DNA of 63,273 bases, counting the filler. It is 4 parts of 4 records of this genome, joined end to end, with 100 filler letters (N's around TTAATTAATTAA, not from the genome) between each part and the next. Parts side by side here need not be neighbours in the genome. Positions count along the whole stretch, not along the records: positions 28,318 to 57,994 come from SRR31156797_2035; 3 more parts are not named here. One strand, given 5' to 3'. Positions 28,319 to 37,315 of this stretch are shown piece after piece. The number at the start of each line of letters is the position of its first letter. The first letter of the stretch is position 1. The notes under the pieces were generated by a model that did not search any database, was not told where the DNA came from, and saw only the letters and a program-made list of their open reading frames with translations. Both the position numbers and the translations under genes were made by a program.

Positions 28319-29113
28319 GCTAAAATTACCTTATACTGGGGAGAAGAGACCAATGTATCTCCTAATACAGGGGATCATGGAGAGTTACGTGTAGCATACC
28401 TTGATGGCAGTAATATATGGCAGGATTTAGGAAATAGTGCATATGCAGGCTCAGCTACAAGCGGCTGGTTAACTTCATCCACAGCAGCATCATTCAGTAC
28501 TGTGGAATTTACCATTGCCTCTTCAACCACAGACAATCCACTTCCTGTTACATTAGTTGATTTTACTGCCAAAGTGGAAAATGAAAACCAGGTGGCGCTA
28601 AGCTGGAAAACAACATCAGAAATAGATAACGATTATTTCATTGTTGAGCGAAGTAGAGATGGGGTTGTTTTCGAAGAGGTTAACCGCGTTAATGGCAACG
28701 GAACCACTACTGAATTGAGTAACTATCAAACTACCGATTATGACCCATACACAGGTATTTCATACTATCGCTTACGTCAGGTGGATTATAATGGCCAGGA
28801 GGAAATATTCCCAATGGTTGTGATTGAAATAAAAAGCATGTTTACTGAAGAACCTCGATTAAATATTCACCCTAACCCATACCGTTCCGGTGATGTGGTT
28901 GTAGACATTGGTGGCTTCAATGAGCAAGAAGAAGCCCTGGTAATGATTTCGGACATCTCAGGTAGCCCAATTTGGCAAGGCCGTATGTATCCAACAAGAG
29001 CTGAGATGTCAAATATTGTAAGTGATCAGCTTGAAGCTGCACAATCGGGATTTTACCTTGTTATTGTAGTAAGCAGCGATAGAAAAATCTCTGCCCGAAT
29101 AATTAAAGAGTAA
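28319..29113 (+). CDS. C-terminal part of a T9SS cargo protein (type A sorting domain), 5'-truncated
   Basis: Open frame from the contig edge; PLPVTLVDF, LSWKTTSEIDNDYFIVERSRDG, YYRLRQVDYNG, IHPNP, GFYLV..IIKE. Confidence 0.88.
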   Translation, partial: AKITLYWGEETNVSPNTGDHGELRVAYLDGSNIWQDLGNSAYAGSATSGWLTSSTAASFSTVEFTIASSTTDNPLPVTLVDFTAKVENENQVALSWKTTSEIDNDYFIVERSRDGVVFEEVNRVNGNGTTTELSNYQTTDYDPYTGISYYRLRQVDYNGQEEIFPMVVIEIKSMFTEEPRLNIHPNPYRSGDVVVDIGGFNEQEEALVMISDISGSPIWQGRMYPTRAEMSNIVSDQLEAAQSGFYLVIVVSSDRKISARIIKE

Positions 29114-29142
29114 GTCAAGATAAAAGAAAAAAGTACAAAGAT

Positions 29143-29178
29143 AAAAAGTTGAGAGGGAGTGTCCTTCTCAACTTTTTT
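29143..29178. terminator. Bidirectional intrinsic terminator
   Basis: AAAAAGTTGAGAGGGA-gtg-TCCTTCTCAACTTTTTT. Confidence 0.8.
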
Positions 29179-29207
29179 GTTTTTACCACTAAAGGTTCAA
29201 TGAAAAC

Positions 29208-29789
29208 GTCATTGCGATCTCGATGCAATCGAGAGAAGCAATCTCTTTCACTCTGGAGCACACCCCTCATCCTGACCTTCTGCTATCGCGCACCCTTTAT
29301 CCCTAAAGGGATCCAACGCACAGAACTGGGCACTTCAAATCCCTGCGCTACCGCACGATTGAATCGTGTGGTTTTGTTTCAATCTTATAGAGTCGCCAAA
29401 AAATGTCCAACACCCTGCCAAACTTCTAGCGCAAGTGTCTCACTTGTGCTTGTTTAACCCTCATCCTAACCTTCTCAATGGAGAAGGAACGCTTCGATAA
29501 GGCTGTATTGCACAAATTGAAGTTTGTAGAAGTAATTTCCTTATTTTTTCCTAAAACGCCGATAGGCGTGACATATCGGTAGCCTGTCGAATAAGCAGCA
29601 CGAAAAACTCCTTAGGAGTGACATTATGGTAGAATAAAGAAACGCAAATAAGAAAAATCGCCGCGATGGAACATAAATTATTGGAGGAAAGCGAAGATCG
29701 GCGAAATTTAAAAAAATCAAACCCTTCAAAGGAAAATTTTGCTGGTTAAAACACAAAAAATCTAACAGGTTTCAAAACCTGTTAGATTT
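29208..29789. repeat. Mosaic of several unrelated short palindromic (REP-like) elements
   Basis: GTCATTGCGA..GAAGCAATCT; CCCTCATCCTRACCTTCT x2; CCCTAAAGGG; AGCGCAAGTG-tct-CACTTGTGCT; two related AAAAC..TAGG.GTGACAT..GGTAG copies; AAATCTAACAGGTTT-ca-AAACCTGTTAGATTT. Confidence 0.7.
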
Positions 29790-29979
29790 ATTCTTAGTAT
29801 TTAATAATAATCGGAAGCCCAATAAGTAGACACAAATAGGCACAGAATTATTTGGAATCACACTCCTTATTTTCCGATATTTTGCTATACTCCTTAAAAC
29901 AAAAAACGCAACAACCACCAAGATTTCCCTCTTAGCGTTCATTGCGCCCCAATTGCCCTGAGTCTTAAAAGAAATATAT

Positions 29980-31110
29980 CTAAACTAATTTACTACAAAT
30001 AAATTCCGCCGCATTTCCATCTCCAAAAATAGCTGGAAATTTATCAACCTTTATATTCTCAAATCTATAAAATGCTTCCAAAATTTTATCTTTATCTGCA
30101 TCTGTAAGTACTGCAAGACCGGTATCCAATATTTCTACCCATTCGGTTTGAGGACGAAGAATAATACACGGTTTTTGGAAAAAATAGGCCTCCTTTTGCA
30201 CACCACCTGAATCGGTGATTATCATTTTAGCATACTGCTCCAACTGGATAATATCAAAAAACGATACCGGAGGAATGATTTTTAAATTATTCTCATTTTT
30301 AACTATTTCATATAGCCTTGAGTTCTCTGAATGCTGCAACATTTTCAAAGTACGTGGATGAACAGGTAAAACAATCTTGTATTTTTCTGCGATTTCCAGA
30401 AATGCTTCAAATATTTGAGCCAGTTTTAAAGGATTATCAGTATTATGATCTCTGTGCACAGTTGCCAAAATAAATTCTTCACCCTTCACACCTGCCTCTG
30501 CAAGCACTGTTGATTTTCGCGCTGAAATCTCCGAGAAATAAAGCGAATTGTCATACATCACATCGCCACAATGAAAAACACCTGGGTTTTCTGGTGTAAA
30601 AGGAGCTTTGTTTTCTGGATTAAACCCTTCACGCACCAAGTTTTCAAAACCCGTTTTAGTTGGCGAAAAAAGTAGCGTTGACAAGTGATCACAAGTAATA
30701 CGATTAATTTCCTCCGGCATGGTGCGATTAAATGACCGCAATCCTGCTTCCACATGCACAATCGGTATGTTTAATTTCGATGCAGCTACAGCACCGGCCA
30801 ATGTTGAATTGGTGTCGCCATATAGGTTTATAAAGTGTGGCTTTTCTTTTAATAAAAGCTCCTCAATACCTTCAATCATTCGAGCTGTTTGTTCTCCATG
30901 TTTTCCAGAACCCACTCCAAGATTAAAGTCTGCTTTTGGAATATTCATTTCCTCAAAAAACACATCAGACATGTTCTGATCATAATGTTGACCTGTATGA
31001 ACGATAATCTCTTTTATCTGATCACTAAATTTATTTTGAACAGCCCGGTTTATAGCTGCCGATTTTATAATTTGTGGGCGAGCGCCAATTATTGTGAGAA
31101 GCTTTATCAT
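29980..31110 (-). CDS. wecB: UDP-N-acetylglucosamine 2-epimerase (non-hydrolysing)
   Basis: GARPQIIK, HTGQHYD, YGDTNSTLAGA, HVEAGLRS, TDSGGVQKEA. Confidence 0.95.
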   Translation of the reverse strand: MIKLLTIIGARPQIIKSAAINRAVQNKFSDQIKEIIVHTGQHYDQNMSDVFFEEMNIPKADFNLGVGSGKHGEQTARMIEGIEELLLKEKPHFINLYGDTNSTLAGAVAASKLNIPIVHVEAGLRSFNRTMPEEINRITCDHLSTLLFSPTKTGFENLVREGFNPENKAPFTPENPGVFHCGDVMYDNSLYFSEISARKSTVLAEAGVKGEEFILATVHRDHNTDNPLKLAQIFEAFLEIAEKYKIVLPVHPRTLKMLQHSENSRLYEIVKNENNLKIIPPVSFFDIIQLEQYAKMIITDSGGVQKEAYFFQKPCIILRPQTEWVEILDTGLAVLTDADKDKILEAFYRFENIKVDKFPAIFGDGNAAEFICSKLV

Positions 31111-31211
31111 AGTTTTTCAATATTAAGACAAAACTAAAAAGAATTTTGCCTTTTTTGATTCTATTTATTGTTTATAAAAACCTATTATACCATTGTGGCA
31201 TTATAAAAACT

Positions 31212-32081
31212 TTAACCCTTAATTGCAATTAACATTCTTTTGACCACATTCTTAACATTCTGCATAACCAACTCTTTCATCCAAGACCCATAAGAAGCAT
31301 GCCATCGTTGCGGATGAAAAGTAAACATAATCTGACTTGGCAATTCACTTCGACTTCGCTCAGTGACCACATTCAATGACCTGCCTTTTTGCAATGCTAT
31401 AATAATATCCTCCGTACTCCGAAACACCAACCCCTGCTTCACCCACTCCTCCTGCTGTGGCACCTTGTCCCGCACACTCACTTTCCAGCCATCCCACCGA
31501 CGACCAGTATCCGTCAAATAAAAAACCTCATCAAAATTTACATCGAAGTAAGGTTCACCTATAATGCCATAATCACGATAATCATACTCCTTCCACAAAT
31601 CCTTACTATCCCATTTACTTTTGGGGCTGCCATGCATACAAATGGTTTTTACCGGGGCTAATTTGCGCAATGCTTCAAGATTCTTTTCGAAATCAGCTAT
31701 TCCTGATTTCATATCACCATTTGTTGTGGTAAGGCATTCATAATGATAACCTATCTCATGACCAAGCTCCGCAATTTTTCGAATTACCTCCTCATCCCAA
31801 CTTTCCGGAACGGCTCTGAAATAATAACTGCCCTTAATGCCCATTTCATGTTGAATCTCTGCAAAGCGGAGTGAGTTATAGGGAAGAAGATCAACGTCGT
31901 GGCGGAGGATGATGGTTTTTTGAGTGCTATTTCCATCGCTCACCCCTCTATCCCCTAAAGGGGAAAACCCCACACGCTGAGCCTGATTGTTTTCTATAGA
32001 CTCACTGAAGGTCTGAAAAGAAAAACCCTGAATTTGCAGGGTTTGTAATAATTGGCGATATATTTTTATTGTGAAGTCCAT
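31212..32081 (-). CDS. Polysaccharide-deacetylase-like protein with two in-frame repeat insertions
   Basis: ILRHDVD, GHEIGYHYE, CMHGSP, YLTDTGRRW, FTFHPQRW. Confidence 0.75.
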   Translation of the reverse strand: MDFTIKIYRQLLQTLQIQGFSFQTFSESIENNQAQRVGFSPLGDRGVSDGNSTQKTIILRHDVDLLPYNSLRFAEIQHEMGIKGSYYFRAVPESWDEEVIRKIAELGHEIGYHYECLTTTNGDMKSGIADFEKNLEALRKLAPVKTICMHGSPKSKWDSKDLWKEYDYRDYGIIGEPYFDVNFDEVFYLTDTGRRWDGWKVSVRDKVPQQEEWVKQGLVFRSTEDIIIALQKGRSLNVVTERSRSELPSQIMFTFHPQRWHASYGSWMKELVMQNVKNVVKRMLIAIKG

Positions 32082-33172
32082 TATTTGAAATTATATTGAT
32101 ATTCCGGGTCCTCTTTAATTATTTTAACACTATCTGGATATTGATCTATAAACCAGAACCAAAAATCAGTAACATTAATATTTTCTTCGATTAAACTATC
32201 TAATCTCTTTGACCACTCTTTATTTAAATTCTCTTTTTGAAGAAGGTCATTCACCTTCGATAAAAAACCTTCAAAATCCTCGGGTAAAAAAGAATAACAC
32301 AAACCATATTTTTGTTCAATTTCATTAGGCACTGAGAGTTTTCCCGCAAAAGAGTTGCATTTAATAGCCGGAGTTCCAATAATGGCTGCTTCAGTAATCA
32401 TAGTTTGACTATCACCAACAAATATTGATGCATATGCCATTAATGAATGAATATTTTCTGGCTCTACTTTCAATTGATATTCTGCCAATTCTGGCTCTAT
32501 TTCACGCTCAGTTGTGATTAATATTTTCCCATACGGTTTAAGCAAGTTAACAATTTCAAGTTTTTGATTCAACGTCAAGCCATGTATTCCAACATCATGA
32601 TGTGCTTTGAATACATTAAAACGCATAATAAAAAATGTATCCTCTTCCTTTAGGCCTGCTTTACCTAAAACTGATGGGTCTGGCTCAAATACAGAAGGAT
32701 GCAGGTAGGCTAGCTCATGATACCCTTTATAAAAAACTGTCCCTTTCTTTTTACGGTTTTGTTTTATTGCTTCTGGGGTTAAAAGTGTATCTACATATGG
32801 ATGAACGTATTTTGTTACAAAGGCTTGAACCTGGTCATCATCATCATCAAACATAATTGATTTAACCTTTGAAAACTTTGAAACATGAGCTATTGATACT
32901 GACGTCCCTATTGCAAGTTCAATTTTTTCCTTTTTACAAATTCGCCAGACTTCATAATTATACTTAAGCTGCTTAATAATTTTTGAAAGTAATGAATCTT
33001 TTTTGGCAGAAAGCACATAGTACTTAAATCCGTAAAAATCCAAGAGGCGCAACGCTACAGGAATATCTTTTACACTCCAAACTACTTTATGCCCCTTCTC
33101 TTGCAGCTTGGCAGCCAAATTCCTAAAGTTGTGTACATGAGCGGGATGTCCTATGTCGATTAAAATATTCAT
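32081..33172 (-). CDS. DUF354 GT-B fold protein
   Basis: ILIDIGHPAHVHNF, YKGYHELAYLHP, GDSQTMITEAAIIGTPAI. Confidence 0.85.
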   Translation of the reverse strand: MNILIDIGHPAHVHNFRNLAAKLQEKGHKVVWSVKDIPVALRLLDFYGFKYYVLSAKKDSLLSKIIKQLKYNYEVWRICKKEKIELAIGTSVSIAHVSKFSKVKSIMFDDDDDQVQAFVTKYVHPYVDTLLTPEAIKQNRKKKGTVFYKGYHELAYLHPSVFEPDPSVLGKAGLKEEDTFFIMRFNVFKAHHDVGIHGLTLNQKLEIVNLLKPYGKILITTEREIEPELAEYQLKVEPENIHSLMAYASIFVGDSQTMITEAAIIGTPAIKCNSFAGKLSVPNEIEQKYGLCYSFLPEDFEGFLSKVNDLLQKENLNKEWSKRLDSLIEENINVTDFWFWFIDQYPDSVKIIKEDPEYQYNFK

Positions 33173-34170
33173 GACAATTTAGATAATATCTTTAACCCAA
33201 TCTTTCCTAACTTATATAATCCGGGACTAAGTATTTTCACATATCTTCCATGCTCAACTAACTCACCTCCAAAGGCTTTTTTGTATGAGCGAACACCATA
33301 CTTTTCATCTTTTAACCCTGCTCCCATAAAATCAAAATGTGGTATCTTTTTTTCTATAGCATATTCCATAGCAGCTAAAACGGCCAAATGTGTTGGGAAA
33401 ATGTTTTTGTGATAATTTCTAACACCACAATAATAAAATGTGTAAATGTTTTTGTTTTCAAGCACGGGACAATAAGAGCCACCAATGATTTTATTTTCAT
33501 GTTTTACTGCAAACACCTTCAGAACACCGGTATCTATTTGCTTCTTAAAAAAATAAAATGGCGGTAATGGAAGCTTTACTCTCTCTTTATAAAGTTCGTC
33601 TAATATTTTATAAACCTCCTTTGCTTCTTCAATTGAACTTGTATGTGAATAAGTCGCATTATTCTCTATTGATTGTTTTATTTCTCTACGCCGGTTATAT
33701 TTAAACTTTTTTCGAAGGTTTTCAGCATTTAGTTCTTTAAGGTCTAATTGAATATTTACATAGGGAATATAATTCCATTTATTAGACTTGTAAATGTAAT
33801 CAACGTTGCTATAATCAAAGTAATTACGCACTTCAATATAGATAACTTTACCCCTAAGTTCATTTTTCAGAAATTTAATAAAGTCATCAATCTCTACATC
33901 CTTGGCATTACAAATTAGTGGCCCACCATATATAATTGCCCTTCTGGAAAAAAAAGATTTGATTCCTCTCTCTTTGTATAAAACAAGTACAGCAAGGATT
34001 TTAATCCGATTATCATCATCGGTTATAGCATATGCATGGGCATTATAACCCTCTATTTGATTAATAGTATCAAAATACTCCGGTGTTTGAAAAGGTGAGG
34101 CATATTCAGTTTTCAAAGCATCTCTCCACTGTTCCCTATTTATGTGATTATTTTGTAAAATATTACTCAT
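33169..34170 (-). CDS. FemAB-like GNAT-fold (aminoacyl)transferase
   Basis: PFQTPEY, IYGGPL, YIEVRN, FDFMGAG...YGVRSYKKAFGGELV. Confidence 0.82.
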   Translation of the reverse strand: MSNILQNNHINREQWRDALKTEYASPFQTPEYFDTINQIEGYNAHAYAITDDDNRIKILAVLVLYKERGIKSFFSRRAIIYGGPLICNAKDVEIDDFIKFLKNELRGKVIYIEVRNYFDYSNVDYIYKSNKWNYIPYVNIQLDLKELNAENLRKKFKYNRRREIKQSIENNATYSHTSSIEEAKEVYKILDELYKERVKLPLPPFYFFKKQIDTGVLKVFAVKHENKIIGGSYCPVLENKNIYTFYYCGVRNYHKNIFPTHLAVLAAMEYAIEKKIPHFDFMGAGLKDEKYGVRSYKKAFGGELVEHGRYVKILSPGLYKLGKIGLKILSKLS

Positions 34171-34231
34171 TAATCAGCATCCTTTTAAGATTTTTTGATT
34201 TGTTTTGCTTTCCCTGGGTTCATATCTGATA

Positions 34232-35164
34232 TTATTTAACACCCTTATAAACAGACATTATCTGTTCTGATATTTCCTTAGAATCAAGGCCGATTTCTGC
34301 TATCCGACTTCTGCCATTTGAATATCCTGTTTTTTTACTATAATCAAGTGCTAGCTTAAGCGTGTCAGCGTATTCGTTTACATCATTTTTACTTAAAAAG
34401 CAACCCGAACAGTTTTTAAACAGCCATTCTACATCTCCTACTTTAGTAGATAAAACTGGTCGGTTACAGGCCATAGCTTCCTTAATCACATTTGGACTAC
34501 CTTCCCATAAACTAGACAGAACAACAACATCTACTGCATTCATCCAATAGGGAACTTCTTTATGAGATGTCTTATCAAAATAAATAAGCTCAGTATTATC
34601 TAATTTTAATCGATCAAAAGCCTTTTTTGCTAAATCAAAATTTTTTTCCGGTCGGTTTGGATTGGCTGCAAAAAGTACATATTTTAAATCCTGCTTTAGT
34701 CCTAACCTAGACCTACATTCATTCATTTGCATTGGTTTAAATAATGACAAATCCACCCCATTAGGAATAATCTGACAACGCTTAACCCCAACTATTTCGG
34801 CAAGTTCTTTTGATTTAGTAATAGTGACATCCCATCTGCGTTTTGCAAATTTTTTTATCAACCATGTTTGCCACCCACCACCTTTCACATCACTACCCAT
34901 TAAAGACACTACTAATGGTCTGGCTCCAGCAAGCGTAGCTACAATTGCCGAAAGTCCATAATGGGCATGATATATATCGTATGATTGTTTATTAATTATT
35001 CTACTAAGTTTAATAATTGCTTTAAAATATCCTTTTATTCCTTTCCCTTTTATTCCAAAAACATCAACATTTAAACCGGCAAAACGTAAAGATTCTATCT
35101 GCTTTTTAATTACTGGTGAAACACCTTGTACTCCTTTTTGACTGCATATGCAAAGTATGTTCAT
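34232..35164 (-). CDS. GT4 glycosyltransferase
   Basis: HAHYGLS, IIPNGVD, SLWEGSPNVIKEAMAC. Confidence 0.92.
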   Translation of the reverse strand: MNILCICSQKGVQGVSPVIKKQIESLRFAGLNVDVFGIKGKGIKGYFKAIIKLSRIINKQSYDIYHAHYGLSAIVATLAGARPLVVSLMGSDVKGGGWQTWLIKKFAKRRWDVTITKSKELAEIVGVKRCQIIPNGVDLSLFKPMQMNECRSRLGLKQDLKYVLFAANPNRPEKNFDLAKKAFDRLKLDNTELIYFDKTSHKEVPYWMNAVDVVVLSSLWEGSPNVIKEAMACNRPVLSTKVGDVEWLFKNCSGCFLSKNDVNEYADTLKLALDYSKKTGYSNGRSRIAEIGLDSKEISEQIMSVYKGVK

Positions 35165-36186
35165 TACTTATTCAAATAGTGTATTATTGAATCCGCGTAA
35201 ACTTTTTCTATCTCTAGTTTTTCCTCAATAAACCTCCATTCTGTTTCCTCTTTTTTAAAATAGCCCTTTGAATATGGAATTCCGGCGGTTCCAAAATACA
35301 AGGCCTGAAATTCAATTAAAAAGAAATCCTTCCCGTCATAAGCAATGTCCATTGAAACATGAGGAATATTAAGCTTACTAAATGCCTTCATGGCATAATC
35401 AAACATACCCTCAGGTGCCTCTGCCTCAAGACCATAAAAATAATTATCATAGCCTCCCCCTGAAGCCTTGATGCCACGACCCTTCAGAATCGGCCTTTTA
35501 AATACATAAAGTCGATTGCCAAAAATATATACTTTCCAGTCATTTATTAAATCAGGAATAAATGGCTGTACAATAAACTTCTTTCTCAATTTTTCTTCTC
35601 TTATATATCCCTTATGTTTATAGGGGCGCAACCATTCTTTTATTCTAACCTTAAGAGGATCCTTAAAATTTATTTTTTTTAACGTGTAACTAAGTTGTTT
35701 TGGAGTTTTAATTAAAAATACGCTTTTCCCAGAAGCGCCTTCTGCAGCTTTTAACACAAAAGGATATTTTATATTCTTATGTTGTTGAATTTCACTGTGT
35801 GTTCCAAAAACAAGGGCTTGTGGCCCAAATTCCGGCAAATAAATACTCCTAAGTATCTCCATAAACACTTTATTATTATTTGCGCGCATATATTTATAAT
35901 CAGGAATCATTTGAATGCCCAACTCCTGTTTACCCAATACCACATCTTCAATAAAAGTTTTGTATAAGTAGTTTATGTCTTCTGATGAGGTATATATTAC
36001 GGGGACATCACAATGTTTGTCTCTTTTATTAATGAATTCAAACAATGAAATAAATTCAATTTCATAATCGTTTTTTGCAAAATATTTTTGAAGCTTTTCT
36101 TTTTTCATTCCACTTCGATAAGGACTATCAAAATGTTTTGATCCAAAACGACCTTTATAATCATGAAGAGCAATAATCTTATTCAT
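35164..36186 (-). CDS. RimK-like ATP-grasp ligase
   Basis: NNKVFME, YPFVLKAAEGASGKSVFL, IVQPFIP, DWKVYIFG, MDIAYDG..FLIEFQ. Confidence 0.8.
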   Translation of the reverse strand: MNKIIALHDYKGRFGSKHFDSPYRSGMKKEKLQKYFAKNDYEIEFISLFEFINKRDKHCDVPVIYTSSEDINYLYKTFIEDVVLGKQELGIQMIPDYKYMRANNNKVFMEILRSIYLPEFGPQALVFGTHSEIQQHKNIKYPFVLKAAEGASGKSVFLIKTPKQLSYTLKKINFKDPLKVRIKEWLRPYKHKGYIREEKLRKKFIVQPFIPDLINDWKVYIFGNRLYVFKRPILKGRGIKASGGGYDNYFYGLEAEAPEGMFDYAMKAFSKLNIPHVSMDIAYDGKDFFLIEFQALYFGTAGIPYSKGYFKKEETEWRFIEEKLEIEKVYADSIIHYLNK

Positions 36187-37315
36187 ACTGAAAATCTATT
36201 AAGAACGTTTTTTTTGCTTTTTTACAATAATTAATTACTTCATCTGTAAATGAGCCAAATAATGGCCCATTGTTCATTTGATAGAAGTTGATTTCATTGT
36301 TTAGGTTATTTACTTCTATTATTTTATTATTGCCATTGCTATCAACAATAAAATCAAACCCTAATAAGCGTGAATAAGGTTCTTTATGTCCTATTTCAAT
36401 GGCCAATTCTTTTAATTCCTTATAATTTGGCACAGGATCAACGTTAGCCAATCTTATTCCACCATACTCCGTAAAAACATCTCCCATTTTATTTACAGCA
36501 AAATCATTTAGTTTACCATCTTTTTTTATATGTACAGATACTCCACCTGAAGCCTGATTGTCTGTAACACTATTAGGTTTTCCTATTCTAAGTAATGACT
36601 GAAGTACATGAACTTTTTCATCTTTTACAGAACGATATGTAAAAATCCTAACGGTATTGACAGAAGATGGATTAAATTGAGCAAAATATGGGTGTTGAAT
36701 TAATTTTTTTTGAATTAAATAATTCGATTTATAAAACTTGTTTATATAATCTATAGTTAGTTCAGCTCCTTTATTATTTAAATATTTTCCATGCTCGTTC
36801 ATCTTAAACAAATCAACCGCTTTTCCTCCACCTGTATCAATAGCTGGTTTTATTATAACCTCATTTTCATTTTTAAGGAGTGATGCAATGTTTTTATCAA
36901 TATTAACTAAATTAAAATTCGTGTCATAAAAAACGCCATCCACATTATGAAATATTACTTCCGGTAAAAGTTTTTTAGAAATATATTGCTGATAAAAATT
37001 TTTATCAGCAAAAGCTTTACTCATTTGTTTATTATTCATTGCTGGCTCAACTACAGTGTAATAAAGATCTTCAGGAATAAAATCAACTGTGTTTTTTCCA
37101 GATATCTTGCTAAAAACCAGATACCAATGAAGCTTAGTGGTTTTTTTTAAAGGCTTCCATTTTGCCTTGTGCTTTTTAAGTATATTCTTGTCTGTTTCCC
37201 TTTGATTTATTTTCAAGTAGGTGAATATCTTTTTTATTTTATTCCTGTATATTCTGGTTTTATTATAATTGTATAAAAAAACCAAAACTCTTTTAAGAAT
37301 CGAATTAATGCTCAT
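36179..37315 (-). CDS. Sugar-transfer-associated ATP-grasp protein
   Basis: DKN, IIKPAIDTGGGK, QHPYFAQFNPSSVNTVRIFT, GFDF..IIEVN. Confidence 0.85.
   Translation of the reverse strand: MSINSILKRVLVFLYNYNKTRIYRNKIKKIFTYLKINQRETDKNILKKHKAKWKPLKKTTKLHWYLVFSKISGKNTVDFIPEDLYYTVVEPAMNNKQMSKAFADKNFYQQYISKKLLPEVIFHNVDGVFYDTNFNLVNIDKNIASLLKNENEVIIKPAIDTGGGKAVDLFKMNEHGKYLNNKGAELTIDYINKFYKSNYLIQKKLIQHPYFAQFNPSSVNTVRIFTYRSVKDEKVHVLQSLLRIGKPNSVTDNQASGGVSVHIKKDGKLNDFAVNKMGDVFTEYGGIRLANVDPVPNYKELKELAIEIGHKEPYSRLLGFDFIVDSNGNNKIIEVNNLNNEINFYQMNNGPLFGSFTDEVINYCKKAKKTFLIDFQYE

Noticed and set aside
29149-29756. ORFs 29149-29457 (+) and 29541-29756 (-)
   Set aside because: They run through a terminator and palindromic repeats, use non-ATG starts and look non-protein-like.
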